The notes below the pieces were generated by a model. That model had not been told where the DNA came from, searched no databases, and worked only from the letters and a program-made list of their open reading frames with translations. 64,000 bases of DNA from an uncultured Alphaproteobacteria bacterium (lineage in GTDB: Bacteria; Pseudomonadota; Alphaproteobacteria; Sneathiellales; Sneathiellaceae): positions 2,166 to 66,165 of the forward strand of contig CAXASQ010000014.1 of NCBI GenBank assembly GCA_963971675.1, read 5' to 3'. A program made the translations under genes and the position numbers. Of the stretch, positions 40,660-51,380 are shown piece after piece; positions within the stretch are counted from its first letter, which is position 1; every line of letters starts with the position of its first letter.

Positions 40660-42111
40660 GTGATCAACTTTCGCCTGATCCTCACAATCCTTGGCATTCT
40701 GCTCGTATTCGTCGGCGGGGCAATGCTCATTCCCGCGGCGGCTGATCTGATAGCCGGCAATACGGACTGGCAGGTCTTTCTCGTCTCCGCGGCAATACTT
40801 CTGTTTATCGGCGGCGGCCTGTATTTGTCCAATCGCGGCGGTGGCCTGATGCTGGACCGCAGGCAGGCTTTCATTCTGACAACAACGGCATGGATTGTCA
40901 TGCCCGCCGCCGCTGCCCTGCCGCTGATGTTCGGCAATCTCGACATTTCCTTCACCGATGCGTTTTTTGAAACCATGTCCGGGCTGACAACAACCGGTGC
41001 GACGATTCTGAGCGGACTTGACAGCGCCCCGCCCGGCATCCTGCTCTGGCGCTCATTACTCCAATGGTTCGGCGGGATCGGCATTATCGTCATGGCGATT
41101 TCTATCCTGCCGCTGCTACGCGTCGGCGGCATGCAGCTTTTCCGGATGGAGGCTTCCGACGCTTCATCGGAGAAAATGCTGCCGCGCGTCGGTGATATCG
41201 TCAAGGCCATCGGTTATATCTACCTCACCCTCAGCCTGATTTGCGTGCTTGCCCTGTGGGCCGCGGGGATGAGCCTGTTTGAAGCCGTCAACCATGCCAT
41301 GTCCACCATCTCGACCGGCGGCTTTTCCACTTCTGATAAATCAGCCGGTTTCTTCGAAAACCCACTGGTGGAAAGCATCATGGTCGTCTTCATGATCATG
41401 GGCGCCATGCCTTTTCTGATGTATCTGCATTTCGTCAAGGGCAAGCCGGGCAGCTTCCTTATGGACAGTCAGATCCGCTGGTTCCTGTCGCTCATCCTAA
41501 TCAGTATTTTCATAATGGTCTGCTGGCAGATTTTCCGTAATGAGACGCCTTTCTGGGACGCCTTGCGCCATTCTACCTTTAGCGTTACATCCGTCATAAC
41601 AGGAACCGGGTTCGCCACGGTGGATTACAGCACCTGGGGTGGCTTTGGCATGGCCGGGTTTTTCTTCCTGATGTTCATCGGCGGCTGCGCCGGGTCCGCC
41701 TCCTGCAGCATCAAGGTTTTCCGCGTCCAGATTGTCGTCGAAACCTTGCGATGCCGTCTGATGCAGATGATCCGCCCTAATGGCATTTTCATCCCCCGAT
41801 ATAACGGCCGTCCCCTGCCGGATGAGACCATTACCTCGGTGGCCAGTTTCATTTTCCTCTTTCTGACGATCTTCGGCCTGATCACGATTGGTCTCAGCCT
41901 GACTGGCCTTGATTTCGTGACCGCCCTGTCAAGCGCCGGAACCGCCATCACCAATGTCGGGCCGGGGCTCGGGGAAATTGTCGGCCCCTCAGGCAATTTT
42001 CAGTCATTGTCCGATCCGGCCAAATGGATGATGTCCCTTGCCATGCTGCTGGGGCGGCTGGAACTCTTTACGGTACTGGTGCTTTTCTCCCGCCGCTTCT
42101 GGCTTCGCTGA
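40660..42111 (+). CDS. trkH: TrkH-family potassium uptake protein
   Basis: 483 aa, polytopic; repeated selectivity-filter-like segments (MSGLTTTGAT, STGGFS, TGTGFAT, ITNVGPGLG). Confidence 0.9.
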   Translation: MINFRLILTILGILLVFVGGAMLIPAAADLIAGNTDWQVFLVSAAILLFIGGGLYLSNRGGGLMLDRRQAFILTTTAWIVMPAAAALPLMFGNLDISFTDAFFETMSGLTTTGATILSGLDSAPPGILLWRSLLQWFGGIGIIVMAISILPLLRVGGMQLFRMEASDASSEKMLPRVGDIVKAIGYIYLTLSLICVLALWAAGMSLFEAVNHAMSTISTGGFSTSDKSAGFFENPLVESIMVVFMIMGAMPFLMYLHFVKGKPGSFLMDSQIRWFLSLILISIFIMVCWQIFRNETPFWDALRHSTFSVTSVITGTGFATVDYSTWGGFGMAGFFFLMFIGGCAGSASCSIKVFRVQIVVETLRCRLMQMIRPNGIFIPRYNGRPLPDETITSVASFIFLFLTIFGLITIGLSLTGLDFVTALSSAGTAITNVGPGLGEIVGPSGNFQSLSDPAKWMMSLAMLLGRLELFTVLVLFSRRFWLR

Positions 42112-42115
42112 CCCT

Positions 42116-42781
42116 CTATTTCGGGAAAGTTGTGGGCGTTGGAAGGCCAAGTGATCCAAGCACCAGCCGTATGGCGGCATCTTTCACCTTCTGTGCTTCT
42201 TCCGGCCCGATTTCCTGCCAACCCAGCCGCACTTTTATCACCTCAAGCCCGGCGCCCTGTTGCAGACAAAACATCAGGATGGCGGAGGCTTCGAGACGAA
42301 TCGCTTCCTGTGTGCTCGCCTCTCCCCGATATCTGGCGAGCAGGATGACCAACAAGTCGTGCACGACATTGATGTGTCCCTCGATAATGACGGGGAAACA
42401 CTCACCAGGCTTGTCTATTTCCCGCAGGATAAGGCGTGTTCGCCAGCGTCCTTCCGGTAGCAATACCTCGCCTATGAGGCGGGAGATAAACTCGCGGATG
42501 ATATCTGCATAGGCCGTATGATTACTGTCCGCCGACGCCAGCCGGTGTTCCAGCAATAGCGCGAGTTCCCTGCGTACCGGTTTCAGATCACGGATAATTT
42601 TTTCGAATACCGCCCGGTAAAGCCCTTCCTTATTGTCGAAATGATAGGAGATTGCCGACAGGTTCACCGAGGCCGCGTTCGCAATTTCGCGGGTTGAGAC
42701 AGCCTCAAAACCCCGCTCCGCAAAGAGGCGGCCGGCCACCTCAACCATCCTGTCAGATGTGGATATTCCGGATTCTGTCAT
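42116..42781 (-). CDS. TetR/AcrR-family transcriptional regulator
   Basis: VEVAGRLFAERGFEAVSTREIANAASVNLSAISYHFDNKEGLY N-terminal HTH. Confidence 0.8.
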   Translation of the reverse strand: MTESGISTSDRMVEVAGRLFAERGFEAVSTREIANAASVNLSAISYHFDNKEGLYRAVFEKIIRDLKPVRRELALLLEHRLASADSNHTAYADIIREFISRLIGEVLLPEGRWRTRLILREIDKPGECFPVIIEGHINVVHDLLVILLARYRGEASTQEAIRLEASAILMFCLQQGAGLEVIKVRLGWQEIGPEEAQKVKDAAIRLVLGSLGLPTPTTFPK

Positions 42782-42890
42782 TAAATTGGATCAATCGTAT
42801 GAATAGACATAGGCTAGGACAAATAGAGGGATCGAACAAGATCTGAGCCGCCCTTTACCGGATGGAAAGCCGGTCAGGCCCCGTCACTGG

Positions 42891-43484
42891 CTATCGCAAA
42901 TAAGACCCCATAAAGGACCGAATATTCTTTTCCAACTCCTGGTCAAAAGCCTGCATTAGAGCTTTCACCTGCGTATAGTACATTTTCTCACGCTCATTCA
43001 GCGTGATCCCCTCCGGCACTGATTTGCTGCGGGTCGCCTCTGCCGTAACGACGGCGGAAGAGCCGGAAATTTCGTTTATCTTGATTTCAACAAGCGCATG
43101 GAATTCATAAAGTTCCGACTGGCTTTTGGTGACCAGCCCCTTCAGACCTGTTTCCTTCGAAAGCTCTTTTTCAACGGCGCTGGCATCCTTGATGGTGACG
43201 ATGGCGACCGCGCCGCTGTTCCCGGTGGTCTGCAAACGATCCTGAACCCAGTTGCGAATGGACTGGTTGATGGAGACCGGCAATTCATGTTCAACATGCG
43301 GCCGTTGCAGGGGCGGGCGGAATTCATCCACAATCCGGACTTCTCCCACATCAAGATATAGCGGGCGCAGATGCTTAAAAGTAATATCCGGATAAGACGG
43401 AGTGGGCGGCGCCTCCACGCAGCCAGCCAGAACACCTGCCATTATCAGGGAAACCACTGTTAGAAAACGTCGTATGCCTGCCAT
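42891..43484 (-). CDS. Lipoprotein of unknown function
   Basis: Signal peptide plus lipobox MAGIRRFLTVVSLIMAGVLAGC; no domain recognised. Confidence 0.55.
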   Translation of the reverse strand: MAGIRRFLTVVSLIMAGVLAGCVEAPPTPSYPDITFKHLRPLYLDVGEVRIVDEFRPPLQRPHVEHELPVSINQSIRNWVQDRLQTTGNSGAVAIVTIKDASAVEKELSKETGLKGLVTKSQSELYEFHALVEIKINEISGSSAVVTAEATRSKSVPEGITLNEREKMYYTQVKALMQAFDQELEKNIRSFMGSYLR

Positions 43485-43581
43485 GTTGCTTTACCTTTTC
43501 AGGGAATGGAACCGGCATACTCTATTACGGGCCAAGGCGGAAAGACAACCCTCTCCTTCACGCAAGCGGTTCAATTCCGTG

Positions 43582-44487
43582 TCAGACCAGATCTTTCAGA
43601 TGTATTTCATATTTGCAGGAGCAGAACTGGCAATCGGCCGTGATCACGCCCTCCGTCGCCATTTCCTCCAGATCGTCCCCGGCAAAGGTTTTCAGCGTCG
43701 TTTTCACTCTCTCCGCGCTGCAGCTGCATTTATCCTCCAGCGCCTGCGGATCATAGAGCCAGACCCCGTCTTCATGGAAAATCCTATACAGCAGCTCCGC
43801 TGATTTGAGAACATCGCTTGTCAGCTCTTCGGCCGTGACGGTACGGGCGAGCGCCTGCGCGTTACGCCAGTTTTCATCCTCGATATCCTGGCTGATCTCG
43901 GCCGCGCTCTCATCGGGCAGGCGCTGGATCATCAATCCCCCCGCGCGCCATTTCCCATCGACCTTGTCGACAGAGACCCGCAGCAACGTTTCAATCTGCT
44001 CCGACCTGTCGAAATAATTTTCCATACATTCGGCAAGATTGTCGCCTTCCAGTTCGACAATCCCCTGGTAACGCTTGCGGTCTGTGCCCGCATCAATCGT
44101 GAAGGCGATATAGCCCGTGCCAAGATAGGTCACGACATCGCGCGTGCTGTTCCCGCCAGCAAGCCTTGCAAGCACCCCTTCGTCAAAGGATGCGTATCCA
44201 CGCATATTTCCGGGCGTCGTCATATCCGCCGCAAGCATATTGATCGGACCGTCGCCTTTGGTCTGAACCGTGAATATCCCGTCGAATTTGAGCGCACCGC
44301 CCAGCATCGCCGCCAGCACAAGCCCCTCGCCCAGAAACCGGGCGACGGCATCGGGATAGCCGTGCCGGGTGAGAATGGTGTCAACCACACTCCCCATCCG
44401 CACGAGGCGCCCGCGGACGCCTGATTTCGCCATCTGAAATGGCTGTATCAGATTGTCCGTCATGATTTTCTGACCTGTCTCGGCCAT
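43582..44487 (-). CDS. hslO: Redox-regulated chaperone Hsp33
   Basis: Start trimmed to MAETGQKIMTDN. C-terminal zinc centre CSCSAERV...CQFCSCKY. Confidence 0.85.
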   Translation of the reverse strand: MAETGQKIMTDNLIQPFQMAKSGVRGRLVRMGSVVDTILTRHGYPDAVARFLGEGLVLAAMLGGALKFDGIFTVQTKGDGPINMLAADMTTPGNMRGYASFDEGVLARLAGGNSTRDVVTYLGTGYIAFTIDAGTDRKRYQGIVELEGDNLAECMENYFDRSEQIETLLRVSVDKVDGKWRAGGLMIQRLPDESAAEISQDIEDENWRNAQALARTVTAEELTSDVLKSAELLYRIFHEDGVWLYDPQALEDKCSCSAERVKTTLKTFAGDDLEEMATEGVITADCQFCSCKYEIHLKDLV

Positions 44488-44515
44488 TTGGATTCCTTTG
44501 ATTCTGTTAGAAAGC

Positions 44516-45442
44516 CTACGCGCCGAGGCACCAGCGCAGCACGGCTTTCTGCGCATGCAGGCGATTTTCCGCCTCATCAAAGATGACGGATTGCGGGCCA
44601 TCCATGACTTCCGCCGTTGCCTCCTCTCCCCGATGGGCGGGGAGGCAATGCATGAAAATGGCATCACGGGAGGCGCGCGCCATCAGCTTGCTATCAACCT
44701 GATAAGGCGTCAAAATATTATGGCGGTTGGCGGCATCATCCCCCATGGAGACCCAAGTATCGGCCACCACGCAATTGGCGCCCTCAACCGCTTCGACCGC
44801 ATCCCGCATCACATGAACACGCGCGCCCGTTTCCCGCGCCCAAGCCAGCGCCGCCGGATCAGGCGCCAGTTCCTCCGGACAGGCAACGCGAAATTCGAAG
44901 CCGAACTGCCCGGCCGCATGAATCCAGGATGTCACCATATTGTTGCCATCCCCGCACCAGGTCACCACCTTATCCCGGATCGGACCGCGATGCTCCTCGA
45001 ACGTCATGACATCGGCCATCAGCTGACAGGGGTGACTGTCATTGGTCAGGCCATTGATGACCGGCACCGTCGCATTCTCCGCCAGCTCCAGCAGCTTCGC
45101 ATGATCATCAGTCCGGATCATGATGGCATCCACATATCGTGACAGGACGCGCGCCGTATCGGCAATTGTCTCGCCGCGGCCAAGCTGCATGTCATTGCCA
45201 TTCAGAACAATGGTATGCCCGCCGAGCTGACGCATGGCCATATCGAAGGATACCCGCGTGCGCGTGGACGGAAATTCGAAAATCGCCGCGAGGGTATATC
45301 CCGCCAGGGGTGTTTCGGGATCCACTGTGCCTTTGGGTAATCCCTTGCGGGATGCCTTGAGGGCGATTCCGTCATCGATAATATGCCGTAGATCAGAGCT
45401 CGACAGCTCGTTCAGATCGAGAAAATGCAAAGGCTTAGCCAT
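44516..45442 (-). CDS. argF: Ornithine carbamoyltransferase
   Basis: Start trimmed to [24 protein letters not shown] and [10 protein letters not shown] motifs. Confidence 0.9.
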   Translation of the reverse strand: MAKPLHFLDLNELSSSDLRHIIDDGIALKASRKGLPKGTVDPETPLAGYTLAAIFEFPSTRTRVSFDMAMRQLGGHTIVLNGNDMQLGRGETIADTARVLSRYVDAIMIRTDDHAKLLELAENATVPVINGLTNDSHPCQLMADVMTFEEHRGPIRDKVVTWCGDGNNMVTSWIHAAGQFGFEFRVACPEELAPDPAALAWARETGARVHVMRDAVEAVEGANCVVADTWVSMGDDAANRHNILTPYQVDSKLMARASRDAIFMHCLPAHRGEEATAEVMDGPQSVIFDEAENRLHAQKAVLRWCLGA

Positions 45443-46610
45443 TTTCCAGCTCCGTGCAGGCTTCATCAAGACGGCTGATAAACTCCGAAATCTCGGTATC
45501 TTCAACAATGAGCGGCGGGAGAAGGCGGATCACATTGTCCCCGCCCTTCGCCGCCAGCACGCCTTTTTCCAGCAGTTTGTTGAGCAGCAGTGTATTTTCA
45601 ACTTTGCATTTAAGGCCAATGTGCAATCCGATACCGCGCACTTCTTCCAGAATTTCGGGATGCCTGTCAACGGCGCCCGCCAATCCCTGCTTGAGATGAT
45701 TGCCCATCTCGGCGACATGATCGAGGAAACCTTCTTCCGTCATCACATCGACAACCGCGTTCGCAACGGCCATAGCAAGCGGATTGCCGCCATAGGTGGA
45801 GCCGTGACTACCGACCGTCATCGCCTTCGCCACCTTCTCAACGGCAAGACAGGCGCCCACGGGAAAACCTCCGCCCAGCGCCTTGGCTGAGGACAGGATG
45901 TCCGGGGTGATGCCCGCATGTTCATAGGCGAACAGTTTGCCCGTCCGTCCCATACCGGTTTGAATTTCATCCAGCACAAGCAACAGGTCATGATCATCAC
46001 ACAGCTTGCGGAGTGCCCGCAGAAACTCGGGCGCCACCACCTGAATGCCACCTTCGCCAAGCACAGGCTCGATCATAATCGCCGCCGTCTCATCGGTTAT
46101 GGCCGCTTTCACCTTTTCGATATCCCCGACGGGGACATGATCAAATCCCTCCACGACCGGACCAAACCCTTCCAGCAGCTTTTGCTGTCCCGCCGCCGCG
46201 ATGGTGGCAAGGGAGCGCCCGTGAAAGGAGTTTTCAAAAGTGATGATCCGGTATTTTTCCGGATGTCCGGTAAAGCTGAAATATTTCCGCACCATCTTGA
46301 TGGCCGCCTCATTGGCTTCCAGCCCGGAGTTGCAGAAATAGGCCGCATCGGCAAATGTGGCATCCACCAGCTTTTTCGCCAGCTCCTCCTGCCCCGGGAT
46401 ACGGAACAGGTTGGACACATGCCATACCTTGTTCGCCTGCTCCACCAGTGCGCTCACAAGTCGCGGATGTGCATGACCGAGGGCGCTCACTGCAATGCCC
46501 GCCGCGAAATCAAGGTATCGGCGGCCATCATTCCCGTAAAGATACATCCCCTCCCCTTTTTCAAAGGCAAGGTCAGCAGGAGCATAATTCGATAAGAGTG
46601 CGGGAATCAT
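45435..46610 (-). CDS. argD: Acetylornithine aminotransferase (class III PLP aminotransferase)
   Basis: 391 aa; [29 protein letters not shown] (PLP-Lys). Overlaps the argF start by 8 nt. Confidence 0.85.
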   Translation of the reverse strand: MIPALLSNYAPADLAFEKGEGMYLYGNDGRRYLDFAAGIAVSALGHAHPRLVSALVEQANKVWHVSNLFRIPGQEELAKKLVDATFADAAYFCNSGLEANEAAIKMVRKYFSFTGHPEKYRIITFENSFHGRSLATIAAAGQQKLLEGFGPVVEGFDHVPVGDIEKVKAAITDETAAIMIEPVLGEGGIQVVAPEFLRALRKLCDDHDLLLVLDEIQTGMGRTGKLFAYEHAGITPDILSSAKALGGGFPVGACLAVEKVAKAMTVGSHGSTYGGNPLAMAVANAVVDVMTEEGFLDHVAEMGNHLKQGLAGAVDRHPEILEEVRGIGLHIGLKCKVENTLLLNKLLEKGVLAAKGGDNVIRLLPPLIVEDTEISEFISRLDEACTELENG

Positions 46611-46676
46611 ATGCTTTCTCCACGAAAAATAAAAAAGGCCAATAGCCGATTTCCGATACCAGAAAGCGCGGAAGTA

Positions 46677-46701
46677 TTGACAGGAGACCGGTTCCTGTCA
46701 A
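46677..46701. promoter_or_regulatory. 25-bp near-perfect palindrome (TTGACAGGA-N7-TCCTGTCAA) upstream of argD; candidate operator overlapping a -35-like hexamer
   Basis: Read directly. On the minus strand, TTGACA-N17-AATACT can be drawn about 70 nt upstream of the argD ATG. Confidence 0.4.
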
Positions 46702-46728
46702 TCAATCTCTTGCATCTGACTGATATTT

Positions 46729-47568
46729 TCAGGCTTTCAGCCGATATCCGCTTTTTATCAGCACCCACACAAAAATATAGAGCAGGATGTCGATCCCGGC
46801 GATGAGCGTCGCCCCCACCCATACGGCGCTGTCCGATGTTCCGATAAAGCCGTATCGAAACCCGTCAATCATATAGAAAAATGGGTTCAGATGGCTGATC
46901 TGATACCAGATGCCGGTCAGCCGTTCGATGGAATAGAAGGTCCCTGACAAAAAAGAAAGCGGCATGATGATGAAGTTCGTGACCGCCGCCATATGATCAA
47001 ACTTTTCGGAAATAATGCCGGCAATAATGCCCAGCAACGACAGCATAAGGCCGGATCCGACGATATAATAAATGATAACGGGCCATGAATGCACCGTGAT
47101 ATCGACAAATGGCCAGATCGCAATCCCGACGACCAGCGCGACACTGATCCCGCGCGCAACACCCGACAGAACAAAGGCGAGGGTTAGCTCCGTTGCCGAC
47201 AGGGGCGGCATCAGGATATCGACAATATTGCCCTGTATCTTCGAGATCAGGATCGAGGAAGACGTATTGGCAAACGCATTCTGGATCACCGCCATCATGA
47301 TCAGACCCGGCGCCAGAAAATTTTCGTAGCTCACGCTGCCCACATAACGGCCGCTTCCGCCGAACGCGAGCGAGAAAATCGCCAGGAACAGGACCGTCGT
47401 CATCATTGGCGCCAGAATCGTCTGGAGTGGCACTTTTAAGAACCGGTGAATTTCCTTCCACAGCAGCGTAAGGAAACCACGCCAGTTACCGAAACCGATT
47501 TTATGAACGATCCGCAAGGCAAGGCCGGTTTTATCGGGATCGCTTTGAGTTATGATATGAGATGTCAT
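46729..47568 (-). CDS. ABC-2-type transporter permease (no adjacent ATPase gene)
   Basis: 279 aa, 6 TM, N-terminal WKEIHRFLKVPLQTILAPMM typical of ABC-2/YadH-like permeases. Confidence 0.8.
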   Translation of the reverse strand: MTSHIITQSDPDKTGLALRIVHKIGFGNWRGFLTLLWKEIHRFLKVPLQTILAPMMTTVLFLAIFSLAFGGSGRYVGSVSYENFLAPGLIMMAVIQNAFANTSSSILISKIQGNIVDILMPPLSATELTLAFVLSGVARGISVALVVGIAIWPFVDITVHSWPVIIYYIVGSGLMLSLLGIIAGIISEKFDHMAAVTNFIIMPLSFLSGTFYSIERLTGIWYQISHLNPFFYMIDGFRYGFIGTSDSAVWVGATLIAGIDILLYIFVWVLIKSGYRLKA

Positions 47569-47718
47569 GCCGGATAAATATTCAATTCGCGCCCGGCAGG
47601 CAAGCCATCAATTGCGAAGCTGATGACGCCCATCACATATACGACGGCTGGCCTCAGATAAAAGACTGGGCTATTAAAAGACAACCAAGAAACCAGTCCC
47701 GCTGATGGAGGTAAAAGA

Positions 47719-48066
47719 ATGTCCGTTGAAATTTTCCACAATCCCCGTTGCAGCAAATCACGCCAGACACTCGCCCTGCTGCAGGAAAAGGGGATAGATC
47801 CCACCATCACCGAATATCTTGTGACACCGCCCAGCAAGGAGCGCCTTCAGGAAGTCCTCAATCTGCTCGATATGAAGCCCCGCGAACTGATGCGCAAAGG
47901 CGAAGCGGAATACAAGGAAAACAATCTCGCCGACGCATCGCTCAGCGATGCCGACCTCATCCAGGCAATGGCTGATCATCCGAAACTGATCGAACGGCCG
48001 ATTGTTTTCGCTAATGGCAAGGCCCGAATTGGCCGCCCGCCGGAATCCGTTCTGGAAATCCTGTAG
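47719..48066 (+). CDS. arsC: ArsC-family (glutaredoxin-type) arsenate reductase-like protein
   Basis: 115 aa; IFHNPRCSKSRQTL (catalytic Cys context) and ...LIERPIVFANGKARIGRPPESVLEIL parallel plasmid R773 ArsC. No other ars genes are nearby. Confidence 0.7.
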   Translation: MSVEIFHNPRCSKSRQTLALLQEKGIDPTITEYLVTPPSKERLQEVLNLLDMKPRELMRKGEAEYKENNLADASLSDADLIQAMADHPKLIERPIVFANGKARIGRPPESVLEIL

Positions 48067-48211
48067 ATCCGCAGGGCGCTGTCTTCCTTCATGTTGAGAA
48101 GGACATAGAATCCGTCTTTTCATCCGTCGAAGCTGGCTATAGAATTGCGGGAATTTTCCGGTCATAATGATCGGCACGGGAGCATAAATAAAAACATCGA
48201 GGAGAAAACTC

Positions 48212-49396
48212 ATGGCAGACGCCGTAATCGTATCAACCGCAAGAACACCCATCGGCAAAGCCTATCGCGGCGCCTTCAACAATACGCATGGGGCGGACAT
48301 GGGCGGACATGTCATCAAACATGCCGTCGCCCGTGCGGGCATTGATCCCGCCGAGGTGGAAGACGTGATCATCGGAGCCGCCAACCCGGAAGGCGCCATG
48401 GGCGGCAATATCGCCCGGCAGGCGCTGCTCACCGCCGGTCTGCCGGTCACCACCTCCGGTACGACAGTCAATCGCTTCTGCTCCTCAGGCCTACAGACAA
48501 TTTCCATGGCAGCGCAGCGCGTCCTCGTCGACAAGGTGCCCGTCATGGTCGCGGGCGGCATGGAAAGCATCAGCCTTGTCCAGAATGAGCATGCCAACCG
48601 CTATCGCTCCAAAAGCGACTGGCTGATGGCCAACAAACCCGCGATCTATGATCCGATGCTGAAAACGGCGGAGACGGTCGCGACCCGCTATGGCATCACC
48701 CGCGAGGCGATGGACGAATACAGCTACCAGAGCCAGATGCGCACCGCCGCCGGGCAGGAGGCCGGGCGTTTCGATCAGGAAATCGTCCCCATGACGACAA
48801 GCAAAGCGGTCGAAAACAAGGAAACCGGCAAGGTGATGTATGAGGACGTCACCCTCACCCAGGACGAAGGCAACCGGCCGAGCACGACCCTTGAAGGGCT
48901 TTCCACACTGAAGCCGGTGATGGGCGAGGACTGCTTTATTACGGCCGGCAACGCCAGCCAGCTTTCCGATGGCGCGTCTGCCTGTGTGATCATGGACAGC
49001 AAACTCGCCGAACAGCGGAATATTGAGCCTCTCGGCATCTATCGCGGCCTTGTCGTGGCCGGGTGCGAACCTGATGAAATGGGCATTGGCCCGGTTTTTG
49101 CCGTGCCGAAGCTGCTGCAACGTCACGGCCTCAAGATGGATGACATCGGCCTTTGGGAACTGAATGAGGCTTTCGCCGTGCAGGTTCTCTACTGCCGTGA
49201 CAAGCTCGGCATTCCAAACGAACTGCTAAATGTCAATGGCGGTGCCATTTCCATCGGGCATCCCTACGGCATGTCCGGTGCCCGGATGACGGGCCACGCC
49301 CTCATCGAAGGCAAGCGCCGCGGTGCCAAATATGTGGTTGTCACCATGTGCATTGGCGGCGGCATGGGCGCCGCCGGTCTTTTCGAAGTGGCGTAA
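48212..49396 (+). CDS. Acetyl-CoA C-acyltransferase (thiolase)
   Basis: 394 aa; NRFCSSGLQ (active Cys), [28 protein letters not shown]. Confidence 0.9.
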   Translation: MADAVIVSTARTPIGKAYRGAFNNTHGADMGGHVIKHAVARAGIDPAEVEDVIIGAANPEGAMGGNIARQALLTAGLPVTTSGTTVNRFCSSGLQTISMAAQRVLVDKVPVMVAGGMESISLVQNEHANRYRSKSDWLMANKPAIYDPMLKTAETVATRYGITREAMDEYSYQSQMRTAAGQEAGRFDQEIVPMTTSKAVENKETGKVMYEDVTLTQDEGNRPSTTLEGLSTLKPVMGEDCFITAGNASQLSDGASACVIMDSKLAEQRNIEPLGIYRGLVVAGCEPDEMGIGPVFAVPKLLQRHGLKMDDIGLWELNEAFAVQVLYCRDKLGIPNELLNVNGGAISIGHPYGMSGARMTGHALIEGKRRGAKYVVVTMCIGGGMGAAGLFEVA

Positions 49397-49476
49397 AACT
49401 GCCCTCCAAATTGCCGAATGATGTCCTGGAGGTTCAACCGAATCTCCGGGACTTTTATTTTATTGGGTAAGAAAAA

Positions 49477-49494
49477 GGCCCGGATAACCGGGCC
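49477..49494. terminator. Hairpin terminator between thiolase and hbd (T-run on the minus strand)
   Basis: GGCCCGG-ATAA-CCGGGCC preceded by AAAAA on the plus strand (TTTTT after the hairpin for hbd). Confidence 0.6.
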
Positions 49495-49513
49495 CTTTCC
49501 TGAACGTAACGCC

Positions 49514-50386
49514 TCAGCGCGTCGGGATCGGTTCGTCCCCGGTGTAATCGTAAAAACCACGCCCGGATTTCCGTCCGAGCCATCCGGCCTCGACATATTT
49601 GACGAGCAGCGGACAGGGACGGTATTTCGTATCGGCCAGCCCCTCATACAAAACCTGCATGACGGCAAGACAGACATCAAGGCCGATAAAATCGGCAAGT
49701 TGCAGCGGACCCATCGGATGATTGGCGCCAAGCCGCATCGCCGTATCAATCGCCCGCACCGACCCAACCCCTTCATACAGGGTGTATATCGCTTCATTGA
49801 CCATAGGAAGCAGAATACGGTTGACGATAAAGGCCGGAAAGTCTTCCGCCGGAGTCGGCGTTTTATGGAGACGAACCGTCAGTTCACGGATTGTCTCGAA
49901 CGTCTCTTCATTGGTTGCAATCCCGCGGATCAACTCAACAAGCTGCATCACCGGCACGGGATTCATGAAATGCATACCAATGAATTTCTCCGGTCGGTCC
50001 GTCACTGCCGCAAGGCGGGTGACCGAAATGGAGGAAGTATTGGTCGCAATAATCGCCTGTGGCTTGAGCTTTTCGCCGAGAGCGGTGAGAATCTTCTTCT
50101 TGACCTCCTCATTCTCGGTTGCGGCTTCAATGACCAGATCCACTTCGGAAAGATGCTTGTCATCCAGTACCGGGATAATATGGGTCAGGGCTTTGGTGAT
50201 GTCCCCTTCGGAGAGAGCCCCCCGGCCAACCTGGCGTTTGAGATTATACTCGATGGTTTCCATGGCGGCTTTCAGCCGCTCATCAGAAATATCCTTCAGA
50301 TACACATCGATATCTGCGAGCGCCATGACATGGGCAATGCCATTCCCCATCTGGCCGGCGCCAATCACACTTACTTTGTTTATCAT
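49514..50386 (-). CDS. hbd: 3-hydroxybutyryl-CoA dehydrogenase (NAD-dependent 3-hydroxyacyl-CoA dehydrogenase)
   Basis: VSVIGAGQMGNGIAHV Rossmann motif; NTSSISVT; FMNPVPVM; C-terminal GRKSGRGFYDY. Confidence 0.85.
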   Translation of the reverse strand: MINKVSVIGAGQMGNGIAHVMALADIDVYLKDISDERLKAAMETIEYNLKRQVGRGALSEGDITKALTHIIPVLDDKHLSEVDLVIEAATENEEVKKKILTALGEKLKPQAIIATNTSSISVTRLAAVTDRPEKFIGMHFMNPVPVMQLVELIRGIATNEETFETIRELTVRLHKTPTPAEDFPAFIVNRILLPMVNEAIYTLYEGVGSVRAIDTAMRLGANHPMGPLQLADFIGLDVCLAVMQVLYEGLADTKYRPCPLLVKYVEAGWLGRKSGRGFYDYTGDEPIPTR

Positions 50387-50450
50387 CGCCTAATTCCAAA
50401 CATAAAGGTGAGCGCGATCATACCGCCAAAAACCTGACCCGTGCCTGTCA

Positions 50451-51380
50451 TTACAGGGCTGCTTCCAGCTCCGGCAGAGCCTTGAACAGATCTGCAACAA
50501 GGCCGTAATCGGCAACCTGGAAAATCGGCGCCTCCTCGTCCTTGTTGATGGCCACGATCACCTTGCTGTCTTTCATGCCTGCAAGATGCTGGATGGCGCC
50601 GGAAATGCCGACAGCGATATAAAGCTGCGGTGCAACCACCTTACCGGTCTGGCCAACCTGAAATTCATTCGGCACAAAGCCCGCATCAACAGCGGCACGG
50701 CTGGCGCCAACCGCGGCCCCAAGCTTGTCGGCAACTTTTTCAAGAAGGACGAAATTGTCGCCGGACTGCATCCCGCGGCCACCGGAGATAACAATTTTTG
50801 CTGCCGTCAGTTCCGGACGTTCGGATTTGGACAGCTCTTCGCCGACGAAGCTGGAAAGCCCGGCATCCGCCGCCGCGCTGGCCGCCTCAACCGTGGCGGA
50901 GCCACCCGTTGCATCAGCGGCCGGGAAGTTGGTCGGTCGGATCGTAATAACCTTCTTCGCATCGCTCGACTGAACCGTCGCCATGGCGTTACCGGCATAG
51001 ATCGGACGCACAAAAGTATCAGCAGAGACAACTTCCGTAATTTCGGAAATCTGGGCGACATCCAGGAGCGCCGCAACACGTGGCAGGATGTTTTTACCCG
51101 CCGTCGTTGCTGCCGATATGATGGCGTCATAGCTATCTGCAAGAGAAACAATCAGCGCTGCAGTATTTTCAGCAAGCGTGTTGGCATAGAGCGCATCATC
51201 AACCAGCAGAACCTTGGCGACACCGGCCACCTTCGCGGCCTCATCGGCAACAGCGGAACAGCCGCTGCCCGCGACGAGAACATGAACATCGCCGCCAAGC
51301 TTCGTAGCCGCCGTCACCGCATTCAGTGTGGAAGCACCAAGGGCCTTATTGTCATGATCAGAAAGAACAAGAACAGTCAT
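50451..51380 (-). CDS. etfA: Electron transfer flavoprotein alpha subunit
   Basis: 309 aa; [40 protein letters not shown] signature. Confidence 0.9.
   Translation of the reverse strand: MTVLVLSDHDNKALGASTLNAVTAATKLGGDVHVLVAGSGCSAVADEAAKVAGVAKVLLVDDALYANTLAENTAALIVSLADSYDAIISAATTAGKNILPRVAALLDVAQISEITEVVSADTFVRPIYAGNAMATVQSSDAKKVITIRPTNFPAADATGGSATVEAASAAADAGLSSFVGEELSKSERPELTAAKIVISGGRGMQSGDNFVLLEKVADKLGAAVGASRAAVDAGFVPNEFQVGQTGKVVAPQLYIAVGISGAIQHLAGMKDSKVIVAINKDEEAPIFQVADYGLVADLFKALPELEAAL

Noticed and set aside
42815-42850. GGGATCGAAC string resembling a tRNA T-loop (minus strand GTTCGATCCC)
   Set aside because: The flanking bases cannot form a T-stem, acceptor stem or anticodon arm, so it is not a tRNA or tRNA fragment that I can support.
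43582-44667. Long N-terminal extensions in the ORF track (hslO 361 aa; also 20533, 25304, 11783, 16902, 26608, 34206, 38216, 39500, 44516..45508, 51380..52237, 55444..56133)
   Set aside because: The extensions overlap upstream genes or terminators and lack homology-like sequence. Internal starts with SD-like motifs give family-typical N-termini, so the starts were trimmed rather than reported as unusual fusions.
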